Assembly: GCA_963756595.1 (NCBI GenBank)
Contig: CAVWOZ010000057.1
Coordinates: 24,707-88,706 of the forward strand
DNA: 64,000 nt
Source: an uncultured Acidobacteriota bacterium
Lineage (GTDB): Bacteria; Acidobacteriota; Thermoanaerobaculia; Multivoradales; UBA5704
Direction of reading: 5' to 3'
The translations under genes and the position numbers were made by a program. The notes under the pieces were generated by a model, which was given only the letters and a program-made list of their open reading frames with translations, ran no database searches and was not told where the DNA came from. Each line of letters opens with the position of its first letter. Within the stretch, counting starts at the first letter, position 1. Positions 39,398-50,400 of this stretch are shown here, piece by piece.

Positions 39398-42177
39398 GCC
39401 AGGGATGTGGTCGCCGGCGGGTGCCGCGGCAGCTCCACCACGAAGCAGGCGCCCTTCCCCGGCCGGCTCTCCACCCGCAGGTCGCCTCCGTGCCGCCGCA
39501 CGATGTCGTAGCTGATCGAGAGGCCGAGCCCGGTCCCGCCGCTGTTGAGCTTGGTCGAGTAGAAGGGCTGGAAGATCATCTCGAGCTTCTCGGGGGCGAT
39601 GCCGGGGCCGCTGTCGCAGAAGCGCGCGGTCACCCACGGGCCGTTCGCCGCCAGGCTGACGGCGAGCTTCCCGCCCGTCCCGCCCGTCGACTCGATGGCG
39701 TCGATCGCATTGAGCACCAGGTTGGTGAACACCTGCTGCAGCTCGCCGTCGCAGCCGTGGACGAACAGCGGCTCGGCGGGGAGGTCCCACGTGACCTCGA
39801 TCCGCCGCTTGACCATGCGGTCGCCCAGCAGGTCGAGCGACTCGGAGAGCAGCGGGGCGATCTCCACCGTCTTCGGCTCGTTCTGCCGGCGGCGGGCGAA
39901 CTCCAGGAGGTTGTTGACGATCCGCGCGGCGCGGAAGGTCTGGCGCTCCACCTTCTTGAGGATCGCATAGTGCGGGTCGTCCGGCGAGGTGTCGTCGAGC
40001 AGCATCTGGGCGTAGCTCGAGATGCCGGTGATCGGCGTGTTGACCTCGTGCGCCACGCCGGCCGCCAGCATGCCGAGGGCGGCGAGGCGGTCCTTCTCGC
40101 GCAGCGCGTTCTCCATCGCCACCCGCTCGGAGACGTCGTGCACCACCAGCACGTAGAGCCCCTGCCGCCAGCCACGGTCGAAGGCGGCGAGCGAGAGCTG
40201 GAGGTGGTGCTCGGTCCCCGCGGCATCGCACCAGCTCACCTCGATCGGCCCCTCGCCGGGCGCGGGGATCGGCTCGACCGGCAGCGTCTCCTCGAGGCTG
40301 CGGCCGATCAGCTCCGCGCGCTGCCCGGCGCCGAAACCGGCGAGCTGGGCGAAGGCGCCGTTGACCGAGACCAGCCGGCGGTCGCCGTCGAGCACCGCGA
40401 TGCCGGCCGGGGAGGACTCGAAGATCCCCTCGGTGTAGCGCTGGAGCTGCTCGACCTCCTCGAGGCGGACCTGGAGCTGGCCGACGAGCTGGGCGTTCTC
40501 GATGGCGAGCGCCGCCTGGTCGAGCAGGTGGCGGATCAGCGCCGTGTCCTCGCTGTTGAGCGGCGCGTGGTCGCGCCGGAAGCCGGTGAGGACGATGCCG
40601 ATCCCCCGCCCGCGGATGGAGAGCGGGAAGGCGTAGCGGTAGCCGGCGACGAACAGGCGGGTGGAGAGCGACAGCGGCTCGCCGGGCATGGCGATGCCGG
40701 AGAGCGGCAGAAAGCTGCGCCCCCAGAGCTCGGCGCCGAGGGCGTCGAGCGCCAGTCGCGGCGGCAGGTCGGCCTCCGGGCGGACGGCGAGCAGCGTCTC
40801 CCCCTGCGCGAGGTAGAGGTTGGCGCGCTCGAGCGAGACGCCGTCGCCGATGCGGTCGAGGAGCGCCGCGCAGAGCTTTCCGAGGTCGCGCTCGTGGAGC
40901 ATCTCGCGGCCGAACCCGGTGAGCGCCTGGCGCTTGCCGAAGGTGTCGCGGTAGTGGAGGCGCTCGAGGGTCGAGGAGATCGCCGACCGCGTCGGCACCA
41001 GGAGGCTCGCGATGCCGAGGCCGGAGACGAACGACAGCAGGTTGCGGGCGAGCGACATCTGCTCGGAGATCCCGCGGTCGACCGCCAGGTTGATCAGCGA
41101 GAAGCCGATGATCCCCAGCAGCAGCGTCAGCGTCCAGGAGATCGTGTCGCGTACGATCACCTCGATGTCCCACAGCTTGTAGCGCAGGATGGCGTAGGCG
41201 AAGGTGAGCGGCACGAGGGCGAGCGGCACCACGGCGAGTGCACTCAAAGCCATCGGCACGGCGAGATTCAGCGCCGTCGGCACGTAGTAGAGGAGCAGGA
41301 ACGGCAGGTAGCCGCCGCCGACGCCGTAGGCGATCCATTGCAGCTGCCGGTGCTGCTCCCAGGAGCCGCCGCGCCGGAAGCGCCGGAAGAGGATCACGAC
41401 CGCGGCCAGCGCGAAGACGGCGAAATGGACCATCTGGAGGCGGTCGAAGGCGCCGACGCGCGCCACGGTCGGCCGGCCGAAGATGAACCGGCCGTTGAAC
41501 AGCATCTCGTCGAGCGCGAGGGCGCACAGGACGGCCGCGGGGAGATAGAGGAACGGGATCAGCCGCCGGAAGCGCTCGCTCCCCGCCAGGACGGTCGGGA
41601 ACACCAGGAAGAGGTGGACCGTCAACGCCGGCAGGAAAATGTACGCTAACGCGTCGAACAGGCTGGTGGCCTTGTAGAGCACGTCCACCGGCGGCGTGGC
41701 GCTCAGCAGGTAGAGGATCGCCGAGGTCAGGCACCACAGGTAGAACAGGAAGCTCTGGCGCCCGGCGTGGCGGACCAGCGTGAACAGGCCGACGCCGAGA
41801 TAGGCGGCGCCGATCACCGCCAGGATCAGATAGGCGAGGTCGAAGCGCACCGCCGGCCGCACGTAGCGGACCTGGCTGAGCTGCTCGCCGCGCATCACGG
41901 TGAGCTCGCTCGCCGGACGCTCCTCGAGGCGCTGGACGAGCTGGCCGCGGCTCGCCACCTCGCCGCCGTTGACCAGCAAGATCTGGTCGCCCCGCCTCAA
42001 TTCCGACTTCGGCGTGTAGACCTGGACGACGTCAAAGCCGCCCCCCTTGGCCACCGCCTCGAAGCCGAGCGGCTGGAACGCCTGCACCGTGCGATAAACG
42101 CTCAACCCCCCCAGGCCCACGGCGAGGAAGGCGAGCGCCAAGGCAAGCGCCAGGCGAAAGATGCGGGCTCCGGTCAT
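39394..42177 (-). CDS. Large sensor histidine kinase with an N-terminal PDZ-like region, a multi-TM sensor module, GAF, PAS, HisKA and HATPase domains.
   Basis: Six to eight TM helices between residues ~110 and 330. H-box AAGVAHEVNTPIT. N, G1 and G2 boxes NLVLNAIDA...DSGPGI...GGTGLGLSI. Overlaps the RR start by 4 bp. Confidence 0.85.
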   Translation of the reverse strand: MTGARIFRLALALALAFLAVGLGGLSVYRTVQAFQPLGFEAVAKGGGFDVVQVYTPKSELRRGDQILLVNGGEVASRGQLVQRLEERPASELTVMRGEQLSQVRYVRPAVRFDLAYLILAVIGAAYLGVGLFTLVRHAGRQSFLFYLWCLTSAILYLLSATPPVDVLYKATSLFDALAYIFLPALTVHLFLVFPTVLAGSERFRRLIPFLYLPAAVLCALALDEMLFNGRFIFGRPTVARVGAFDRLQMVHFAVFALAAVVILFRRFRRGGSWEQHRQLQWIAYGVGGGYLPFLLLYYVPTALNLAVPMALSALAVVPLALVPLTFAYAILRYKLWDIEVIVRDTISWTLTLLLGIIGFSLINLAVDRGISEQMSLARNLLSFVSGLGIASLLVPTRSAISSTLERLHYRDTFGKRQALTGFGREMLHERDLGKLCAALLDRIGDGVSLERANLYLAQGETLLAVRPEADLPPRLALDALGAELWGRSFLPLSGIAMPGEPLSLSTRLFVAGYRYAFPLSIRGRGIGIVLTGFRRDHAPLNSEDTALIRHLLDQAALAIENAQLVGQLQVRLEEVEQLQRYTEGIFESSPAGIAVLDGDRRLVSVNGAFAQLAGFGAGQRAELIGRSLEETLPVEPIPAPGEGPIEVSWCDAAGTEHHLQLSLAAFDRGWRQGLYVLVVHDVSERVAMENALREKDRLAALGMLAAGVAHEVNTPITGISSYAQMLLDDTSPDDPHYAILKKVERQTFRAARIVNNLLEFARRRQNEPKTVEIAPLLSESLDLLGDRMVKRRIEVTWDLPAEPLFVHGCDGELQQVFTNLVLNAIDAIESTGGTGGKLAVSLAANGPWVTARFCDSGPGIAPEKLEMIFQPFYSTKLNSGGTGLGLSISYDIVRRHGGDLRVESRPGKGACFVVELPRHPPATTSLA

Positions 42178-42254
42178 AAAGACATGCAGAGAATAAAAGA
42201 AGACCCTCGGGGTCTATCGGGCGAAGAAGCACTTTCTATGCCATCGCAACGACA

Positions 42255-42655
42255 TTTTGAACACCCCCTAAGTGCCGATTTTGCCATGGTTTTCGAGGTG
42301 CAACTCCAGAAAAGCGGAGACGCTCCGGTTTTTTGGATTCAAGCGCTTGGTGAAGGAGGGCGAGAGCCTGGAGAGGAGTTTTGAGAAGTGCTTGAGAAGT
42401 GCCAGGCACTTCTTGAAGAAGACCCTGGCACTTCTCGGAGGCAGATCGAACGAGCCCTAGGTTGCGCTGTGCGCAACGTCAGCGTTGGCGGTGCGCGCAG
42501 CGCAACCTACGAATACGCAGAGCGCAGGGCCCTCCCTCTCCCGGTTGGGTGGGAGGCGGTGGGAGAGGGACCGAGGGTGAGGGCCTTCGCAGGGCACGAG
42601 GGCTCGAAGGCCCTCAAGACCTCGAAGACAACCGGCCGTTGGATTCTGCGGGGGA
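42255..42655. other. Highly structured intergenic region with four or more strong stem-loops (possible terminators, leader or ncRNA).
   Basis: gagaagtgccagg...cctggcacttctc, ggttgcgctgtgcgc...gcgcgcagcgcaacc, tccctctccc...gggagaggga, gagggccttcg...cgaaggccctc. Confidence 0.45.
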
Positions 42656-42660
42656 ACGGC

Positions 42661-44655
42661 CTAGAACTTGACCGCGATGCCGCCGAGGATGCGCCGGCGG
42701 GTGCCGTCGGAGGCGAGGCCGGTCGAGGGATCGAAGCCGCGGCTGAGCTCCATGTTGAGCTGCACGGCCCAATCGGAGGCGAGGTTCATCAGGAAGTTGA
42801 GGTTCTGATTGACCATCACCTGGAGGCGCTGGAGGCTGACCTGGGAGGCGGTCCGCCCCGCCGCGTCGCCGACCGGATCGAGCCCCTGCTCGAGACGGTG
42901 GAAGGCGACGAAGATCCCTGTCTTGCTGCCGAGGAACTTGGTGTCGAGCGAGGTCACCAGATAGCGCACCCGATTCTCGTACGGCAGGCCGTCCGCGGCC
43001 ACGAACACGCCGCCGCCGCCGGAGGCGAGGCTCGAGTCGAGCTTGGTGACGACGCTCTTCGCGAACTTGTGCTTGAAGCCGACCCGCAGCTCGGGGAGCT
43101 GATCGCCGCGCACCAGGTAGAGGCTCTCGGCGCGGTCGAAGAAGTCGTCGCTGAAGTAGAGGCGGAGGGTGTCGCCCACCTTGTGCTGCACGGCGCCGAA
43201 GGTGAGCGAGTCGTCCCCCACCTTGCGGGAGAGGTTCACCTGATAGCACGACTCGCTCCCCTGCTCGCAGAGGTCGCGCTGCTGGAAGAGGGTGGGGAGG
43301 AAGTCAGGGGTGGTCGGCTGGTCGCGGTAGACGCGGTGGGCGGCCGAGGTTTCGAGCTGCCAGTCCGAGCCGAGCTGAAGCACCACGCCCCCCTGGGGAG
43401 TGAGCGCCAGGGTGCCGTCCGACAGCGTGCTGTAGAGGCCGTACTCGAGCAGCACGGCCGGCTCGACGCGCAGGCCGCCGCGGCTGAACAGGTCGACGCT
43501 CGCGAGGTCCTGCTGCTGCTCGTAGAGCTTGCTCGCCGAAGCGTTCAGGCGCTCGGCGTCGCCGGGGCCGAACTGGCGGTCGCGGTAGCGCAGGCCGGCC
43601 TGGAGCGTGTTGCGGTCGCTGAAGGTCTCGATATAGGAGGCCTCGATCGCCAGGCTCCGCGACTGCCCCGGGATGGCCAGCGGATCGATCGCCGACTGGT
43701 GGTGGAAGTTGTCCTCGGCGGTGTAGTGGCCGGCAATCTCGGAGCGGCCGCTCTCGCCGATCGCCTGCGAATAGTTGAACCCGTAGTGCTCGAAGTCGAC
43801 CGGCGTGCCGATGCCGGATTCGCTACGGCCCGACATCCGGTTGCTCGACGAAACGAAGCTCAGCCGGCTCCCCGGTCCGTGCGCGACGTCGAGCGCCACG
43901 CTGGTCGTCTGGCCGGTGCCTAGCGCAGCTCCGCCGCCGGGCTGGAACGACCCGTCGGGGCTGAGCTGGGAGAAGCGCCCTTGCAGGTCGACCTGGGTCT
44001 GCCCGAGCTGCCCCTTGAGGCCGAGGCTGGCGCCCGACATCTGGCCGCCGCTGTTGGCGATCGAGTCGACCCCCGTCAGGGCCTGCATCTCGGCCTGGAA
44101 ATTGGAGGCCAGCGCACCCGCCAAGGTGCCGGCGGCGATCTGCGTCCTGGACGTTCCGCCGCCCGTCGGGCTCAGCCGGAAGGGGGGGAGCTCCGGCGTC
44201 GGCGAGATCATGCCGCTCGCGATCGCCTCGGAGGTCTCGATGTCGCGCAGCACGTCGCCCGGCACACGGGCCCGGATCGCCCAGAAGTCGTCCTCGTCCC
44301 GCCCGCGCCCGGCCTGGCGCTCAGCGAGTTGGACCTCGAGCTTCTGGTAGGCCTGGGCGGTGGTGCGCTTGAGCGGGATCATCGCCGGCACGAACCCGGC
44401 CTTGTGAGCGATGATCTTGTAGAGGCCGGCGGGAAGGTCGGGGAAAAGGAAATTTCCCTTGCTGTCCGTCAACGCCTTGGTCCAGGAGAGGTCGGCGAGC
44501 TGGATGGCGTAGAGGTGGACGGAAGAGAGCGGGTTGGCGTCGCCGATCACCCGGCCGCCGACGCCCGCGACGTGGACCTCGGCACGCAGGGTTCCGCCCA
44601 GGCCCAACAGGGTCAGGACGAAAAGCAGTGGCACGCTCTTGCGCAGGACTGGCAT
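42661..44655 (-). CDS. Outer-membrane beta-barrel protein with an N-terminal carboxypeptidase-regulatory-like (CarbopepD_reg) domain. TonB-dependent-receptor-like or Omp family.
   Basis: Signal peptide VPLLFVLTLLGLGGTLRA. GRVIGDANPLSSVHLYAIQLADLS...TDSKGNFLFPDLPAGLYKIIAHKAGF. Gly/Ser-rich beta-strands. C-terminal ...LGGIAVKF with terminal Phe. Confidence 0.7.
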   Translation of the reverse strand: MPVLRKSVPLLFVLTLLGLGGTLRAEVHVAGVGGRVIGDANPLSSVHLYAIQLADLSWTKALTDSKGNFLFPDLPAGLYKIIAHKAGFVPAMIPLKRTTAQAYQKLEVQLAERQAGRGRDEDDFWAIRARVPGDVLRDIETSEAIASGMISPTPELPPFRLSPTGGGTSRTQIAAGTLAGALASNFQAEMQALTGVDSIANSGGQMSGASLGLKGQLGQTQVDLQGRFSQLSPDGSFQPGGGAALGTGQTTSVALDVAHGPGSRLSFVSSSNRMSGRSESGIGTPVDFEHYGFNYSQAIGESGRSEIAGHYTAEDNFHHQSAIDPLAIPGQSRSLAIEASYIETFSDRNTLQAGLRYRDRQFGPGDAERLNASASKLYEQQQDLASVDLFSRGGLRVEPAVLLEYGLYSTLSDGTLALTPQGGVVLQLGSDWQLETSAAHRVYRDQPTTPDFLPTLFQQRDLCEQGSESCYQVNLSRKVGDDSLTFGAVQHKVGDTLRLYFSDDFFDRAESLYLVRGDQLPELRVGFKHKFAKSVVTKLDSSLASGGGGVFVAADGLPYENRVRYLVTSLDTKFLGSKTGIFVAFHRLEQGLDPVGDAAGRTASQVSLQRLQVMVNQNLNFLMNLASDWAVQLNMELSRGFDPSTGLASDGTRRRILGGIAVKF

Positions 44656-44799
44656 CTTACCGACTCCCACTGCCGGGAATTTACGCCCCCCGGGTTCACG
44701 CTGTCAAATGCCGGGCTACCCTATTGACGAACGTCGATGTTGAATCCACGAGTCTCTCCCTCGGGAACGGCGGGGAGGCCGGGGAGTATTCCAGCCCTC

Positions 44800-47166
44800 C
44801 TACTCCACCTTGTACGTCACCCCGTCCGACCGCCCGAGGTCGTCGGTCACCACCAGCCGGTGCTCGCCGCGGACCGAGGCGAGGAAGCGCCCGCCTGCCG
44901 CCGCGGCCTCGGTGGTCGCCACCAGGGTGCCGTCCTGGTACCAGTAGAGGTGCCGCGCGCCGGGTGAGGCCTGGGCGACCAGGGCGATCCGCTGGAAGTC
45001 GACGGGGGAGTCCCGCCGCAGCCGGTAGGGAGTCGTCGCGTCCGGCGAGACGATGCGCGGCGGATCGCCGTCCGGCACCCCCTCGCAGGCCGGGCTCAGG
45101 CGGGGGATCTCCTGCACCGGGTTCCCCTGCGACCGCCACCAGGCGACCAGCTCGGGGGGATAGAGGAGGAAGGAACGCAATTCGTGGGGCCGCCGGCTCA
45201 CGCAGTCGCCGGAGAGGAGCTCGCCGGTCTTCGCGTCGACCAGCATCCGGCGGTGGATGGTGCAGGCGGTGAGCCGCGACTTGCCGGGAAGATAAGGAAT
45301 GCGCACCCGCTCCGGGCAGGACGGCCCGGGCAGCTGATGGCTGAGGGCGCAGACCTCGATCTCGTCGCGCTCCAGCCCTTCCTCTTTCACCGGCCCGCGG
45401 CCGCCGCTCTCGAGCGCCCGGAAGAGGTCGAAGAGGAGGGGGCCGGCGTGCTGGCTCCCGGAGATCCCCTTCCGCGGCTTGCCGTCGAAGTTCCCCACCC
45501 AGACGCCGATCGTCATCCGCGACGAGAAGCCGACCGCCCAGGCGTCGCGATGGCCGTAGGAGGTGCCGGTCTTCCACGCCACCCCCGGCACGTCGCGGGT
45601 GAGATCCCACGCCTCCGGCAGGTCGGGGCGGCGGACGTTGGTGAGGATCTCGGTCACCGCCCGTGCCGCCTCGGGGGAGAAGAGGATGACGGGGTCCGGA
45701 GGCGAAGGGGATTCGGTCTCCATCTCGAGAAGGCGCACCGGCCGGTGCCTCCCCCCCTCCGCCAGGGTGGCGTAGAGGTTCACCAGGTCGAGCAGGCGCA
45801 CCTCCCCGGCGCCCAGCACCAGGGGGAGGCCGTAGGAGGCCACAGGCCGGTCGAGGGTCGAGAGCCCGCCCTGCCGCAACAGATGGTGGAACTCGGGGAG
45901 GCCGACCTCGGCGAGGAGGCGGATGGCGCAGGCGTTCAGCGAGGTGATCAGCGCCTCGCGCACGGTGACCCGGCCGCGGTAGCGCTCGTCGTAGTTCTCC
46001 GCCACGTAGCCGCCGAAGTCGGTGGGGATGTCCAGGATGTAGGAGTCCGGCACCAGCCGCCCCTGGTCGATCGCCATCGCGTAGAGGAACGGCTTCAGGG
46101 TCGAGCCGGGGGAGCGCCGGGCGATCGCGCCGTTCACCTGGCCGTGGAAGTAGCTCTCGCGGAACCCTCCCGAGCCGACCATCGCCCGCACGCCGCGGGT
46201 CGCGTTGTCGATCACCACCACGGCGGCGTTGCCGATCCCCTGGTCGCGCAGCTCGCGGATGCGCCGCGCCACCTGCGCCTCGGCGATCTCCTGGGTGGCG
46301 CGGTCGAGGGTGGTGCGGATCCGCGCCGGCGTCCCTTCCCCTGAAAACTGCGCCGCCACCATCTCGGTGAAGTGCGGAGCGGCGAACGGCGGCCGGCGGC
46401 GGACTTGGGGGAGCGGCTCGCGCCGGGCGGCGTCGAGCTCCCGGCGCGAGAAGACGCCGCGCGAGGCGAGCTGGCCGAGCACCCGGTCGCGGGCGGCGCG
46501 GGCCGCCTTGGGGTGCGTGGTCGGATCGAACCGCCGCGGCGAGCGGGGGAGGGCGGTGAGCAGGGCGATCTCGCCGAGCGAGAGCTGGTCCGGGTCCTTC
46601 CCGAAGTAGAACCACGCCGCCGCCCCCACCCCTTCGACGTTGCCGCCGTAGGGGGTGAGGTTGAGGTACATCTCGAGGATGCGGTCCTTGCCGAACCGCC
46701 GCTCGAGCTGGAGGGCCCGGAAGCTCTCGCGCAGCTTGGACCCCAGGTTCCGCCGCCCCGGATCGGCCATCCGCGCCACCTGCATGGTGATCGTCGACGC
46801 CCCGGACACCACCTGCCGCCGCCGCAGGTTGGACCCCACGGCGCGCAGCACCGCCAGCGGATCGATCCCGCCGTGCCGATAGAAGCGCTGGTCCTCGGAG
46901 GCCACCAGCGCCTTCCGCACCTCGGGAGGGAGCTCCGCGAGCCGCACCGGCAGCCGCCACCGCTGGTCCGCCGGCAGGAAGAACCGCAAAGGCTCCCCCG
47001 CCCGGTCCGCCACCACCCGCGCCGCCGGCCGCTCCAGCCGCTCCCAGGGGAACGGAAAGAGGAGGTCCAGCGTCCGGAACCAGAGGTACGGCGAGGCGAG
47101 GAGGATCGCGGCGGCGAGGGCCAGGGCGATCCGGCGGCGGTGGGTGTAGGTTGTGTCCATCGTCAT
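44800..47166 (-). CDS. pbpC: Penicillin-binding protein 1C (bifunctional transglycosylase/transpeptidase).
   Basis: N-terminal TM. GT51 motifs EDQRFYRHGGID and GASTITMQ. TPase SxxK (GSTLKPF), SLN, KTG(T). C-terminal PbpC-specific domain. Confidence 0.85.
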   Translation of the reverse strand: MTMDTTYTHRRRIALALAAAILLASPYLWFRTLDLLFPFPWERLERPAARVVADRAGEPLRFFLPADQRWRLPVRLAELPPEVRKALVASEDQRFYRHGGIDPLAVLRAVGSNLRRRQVVSGASTITMQVARMADPGRRNLGSKLRESFRALQLERRFGKDRILEMYLNLTPYGGNVEGVGAAAWFYFGKDPDQLSLGEIALLTALPRSPRRFDPTTHPKAARAARDRVLGQLASRGVFSRRELDAARREPLPQVRRRPPFAAPHFTEMVAAQFSGEGTPARIRTTLDRATQEIAEAQVARRIRELRDQGIGNAAVVVIDNATRGVRAMVGSGGFRESYFHGQVNGAIARRSPGSTLKPFLYAMAIDQGRLVPDSYILDIPTDFGGYVAENYDERYRGRVTVREALITSLNACAIRLLAEVGLPEFHHLLRQGGLSTLDRPVASYGLPLVLGAGEVRLLDLVNLYATLAEGGRHRPVRLLEMETESPSPPDPVILFSPEAARAVTEILTNVRRPDLPEAWDLTRDVPGVAWKTGTSYGHRDAWAVGFSSRMTIGVWVGNFDGKPRKGISGSQHAGPLLFDLFRALESGGRGPVKEEGLERDEIEVCALSHQLPGPSCPERVRIPYLPGKSRLTACTIHRRMLVDAKTGELLSGDCVSRRPHELRSFLLYPPELVAWWRSQGNPVQEIPRLSPACEGVPDGDPPRIVSPDATTPYRLRRDSPVDFQRIALVAQASPGARHLYWYQDGTLVATTEAAAAGGRFLASVRGEHRLVVTDDLGRSDGVTYKVE

Positions 47167-47192
47167 CTTCGTTTTCTCGATGCTAAAGCTCC

Positions 47193-47333
47193 CTCCCGGG
47201 AGTCTTTTTCCTCCCCTGTACTCGGGGGAGGCCGGGAGGGGGCGTTCCGGAGTCCGGCACGCTTCCTTGTTCGGGAGGTTGAGGCCCCCTCCTGGCCTCC
47301 CCCCGAGTACAGGGGAGGAAAAAGACTCCCGGC
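47193..47333. repeat. MITE-like element, copy B, in the pbpC-yfhM intergenic spacer.
   Basis: ctcccgggagtctttttcctcccctgtactcgg ... ccgagtacaggggaggaaaaagactcccgg are perfect ~30-bp terminal inverted repeats. The internal sequence matches copy A at 1641-1775. Confidence 0.8.
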
Positions 47334-47472
47334 CCGGGCCTACCGTGCATCGTAGGGCCCCCCTCTTCTCCCGGAGGTCGGTGGGAGGCGGGGAGAAGAG
47401 GGCCGGGGTGATGAGGGCCGCCCCGCAGGGGCGGTGCTGCATCGTTCCCGTGCGCCTCTTCCTACCTTCCCC

Positions 47473-50400
47473 CTACCGCGTCTTGACCTCCATCGTCCCC
47501 CGCTCGCCCACCGCCCGCAGGGCTGGGTTGTACATCGCCTCCACCTCGACGGGCGGCAGCCGGAACTGCCCTGGGGCCACCGCGCGCACCAGGGTGTAGA
47601 ACGTCTGCCAGCTGTCGGCCGGCAGGTCCACGAAGAGGAGGATGCGGTCGTCGCGCAGGTCCATCGAGCGCGGCTGGAGGTTGGCGTCGGTCACCCAGGG
47701 GAGCTGCTCGGTGCTCGACAGGCGCGGGTTCTCGACCTCCAGCCCCGAGGGGAGGAGATTGACGATCACCACGTTCTGCACCCCGCCGGAGACGCTGCGC
47801 ACCCGCGTCTTGATGGCCACCAGATCCCCCTGCCGCACGGCGTTCAGATCCACCGGCTTGCCGTCGCGGTCGAGGAACTGGCGCTCGATCTGGAGCCCCT
47901 CGCTCGCCGGCCTGAAGGCGTCGTCGGTCGGCACGCCGCGGGTGAGGACGCTGTAGAACGCCGCTCCCGGCTTGTACCCGGCATTCATCTGGAGGCGGAT
48001 CGCGCCGGCTCCCAGGATCGGCGGGAAGGTCACCGTCCGGTTATCGAACGTCCCGATCTTCTTGCCGCCCACGAACAGCGTGCCGCTGTACGGCGGCTGC
48101 TTGGCCTGCTTCTGGAGGAACTGGCCGATCGCCAGCAGCGTGAAGCTCTCCTCCTGGGTGGTCCACCAGTAGTCCGTCTTGGCGTCGCGCGCCAGCCGGT
48201 CGACCAGGGCGGGGATCTGCGGGCTCCGCGGATCGGCGTCGAGTAGGGCGAGCAGCAGCAGCGCCCGGTTGCGGATCGCCGAGTCGAAGTTGCCGCCGGT
48301 CTGCCGCTGGATCTCCTGCACGGCCCCCACGTTCGCCGCCAGGCTGGCCGTCGCCCGCGGGTTCCCTGCCGCGGCGTAGGCCGCGGCGAGCATCGCCCGC
48401 GACTCAGCCGAGAGCTCCTTGGCGTGCTTCTGGCGCACGAAGTCCATGGTGCCGAGGTCGCCCTTGCCGGCCCGCGACAGCACGTAGAGGCCGTAGACCG
48501 TGCGTTGCAGCTCCTCGCTGCCGTACGTTCCCTTGGCCTTCACCTCGCCGGCGAGCCAGGTCAGGGCGTTGCGGTAGAGGCCGTCCTCCACCGGATGCCC
48601 GGCCCGCCGCGCCTCGACCAGGAAGTGGGTGGCGTAGACGCTCCCCCACGGATGCACCTGCTGCTCCCCCTGCCAGAGGGAGAAGCCGCCCCCGGGGAGC
48701 TGCATGGTGGCGATCCGCCGGATGCCGGCCTGCACCAGCACCGCCGGGTCCGCATGCCCCTTCTTCGGATCGAGCAACCCCGGATCGAGCGCCTTGGCGA
48801 TGTCCCCCACGTAGATCAGCGGGAAGGCGCTCGACGTCGTCTGCTCCAGGCAGCCGTAGGGATAGTGGAGCAGGTGCTCGAGCTTCCCGGCGAACTGCAC
48901 GAGGGGGATCGGGCTCACCCGCACCGTCCGGCGCAGCGTCTCCGGCCGGAAGCGGTCGAGATCCTTGCCGGCGAGGTCGAGGGTCGCGGCGTTCATCCCG
49001 CCGACCTCCTCGACCGGCAGCTCCGGCAGATCGGCGCGGATCGAGACGTTGGTGGTCGACCGCGACTGCTCGCCGTTCCCCGCCGCCGTCGCCAGGAAGG
49101 CGACGTTCCCCGCGCCGTTGCCGGTCTTCACCGTGAAGTAGACCGTCTTCTCGCGGCCGGCCGGGATCTCGACGGATTGCGTCCCCTTCTCGATCTTGAC
49201 CGGCCCTTGAGCGGACAGCCCGACCGTGATCGCCCCCGGCTTCCCGGTGTCGTTCCGCACCGTGACCGGCACCTGGAGGGTCTCGCCGAACGACAGGATG
49301 CGCGGCAGGGTGGGGAGGAGGACCAGCGGATCGCGCACCCGGGTGAGGCGGAACGACGAGCCGAAGCGGTCGTCCGCGATCGCCACCGCCATGATCCGCA
49401 GCGCCCCCTGGAACTCCGGCACCTTGAAGGCGACCTTGAGGTTGCCGTCCTTGTCCGCCGTCCGCGGGCCGGACCAGAAGACGACCGGTTCGGTGCGGCG
49501 GATCCCCTCCGTCCGCACGTACTGGCTCATCCCCTCCGCCCCCTCGCCGCCGCCGGGCGCCAGGCTCTTGAGCTCAGGGAGGAGGAGGCTGAAGGTGTCG
49601 TAGGAGATCACCCCCAGCGCCAGCCGGCGGTAGAAGAAGTCGAACGGCTCCGGCGTCTTCTGGGCGATCAGCTGGAGGATCCCCTCGTCGACCGCGGCCA
49701 CCGTCACCACCGCGTTGGGGACGGTCTTGACCGCGATCGCCAGCTCACGCCCCGGCCGCATCTGGTCCGGCGCCGTGATCACGGGGGCCAGGTGGTTCGA
49801 GGTCCGGTTCACCGGGAGCGGCACCGCTCCGAACGCCCGCCCCGCCGAGCCGGCCTCGAGGTCGCCGACCTTGCGCACCAGCGTCGCCGTGACGTAGGCG
49901 TTCGGCCGGTACTCCCCCTTGATCGGCACCTGGATCTTCGCCGTGTTCCCCTTCATCTCATAGATCTGCGTGTCGAGCACCCGGTCGCGCTCGACGGTCA
50001 GCAGCAGCTTGCCCGGGAACGGCGCCCGCACCTGCACGGTCGCCGTGTCCCCCGCCGCGTACTCCGTCTTGTCGAGGTCGAGCTCCAGCCGCGACGGGTT
50101 CTTGATCGCCCACGGCGAGGTCCCCCACCCCGAGGCGTAGAACTCGACCTCGGACGACGCCTGCGACTCGGCGTCGGTCAGCACCACCCGGTAGCTGCCG
50201 TAGGCGCGCGGGGTGAGGTCGAAGCCGCCGCGCGTCTTGCCGCGGGCGATGGTCTTCGAGGCGATCAGCACCGGATCGCGCGTCGTCTCGTAGCGCCAGC
50301 CGCCGGCCGGGGTCTTGCGCAGCACGGTGTTCCAGCGGTCCTCGAAGAGGTCGGCCCGCAACGCCCCCGACGCGGTCTCCTTGCCGTCCGGCGTCACCGC

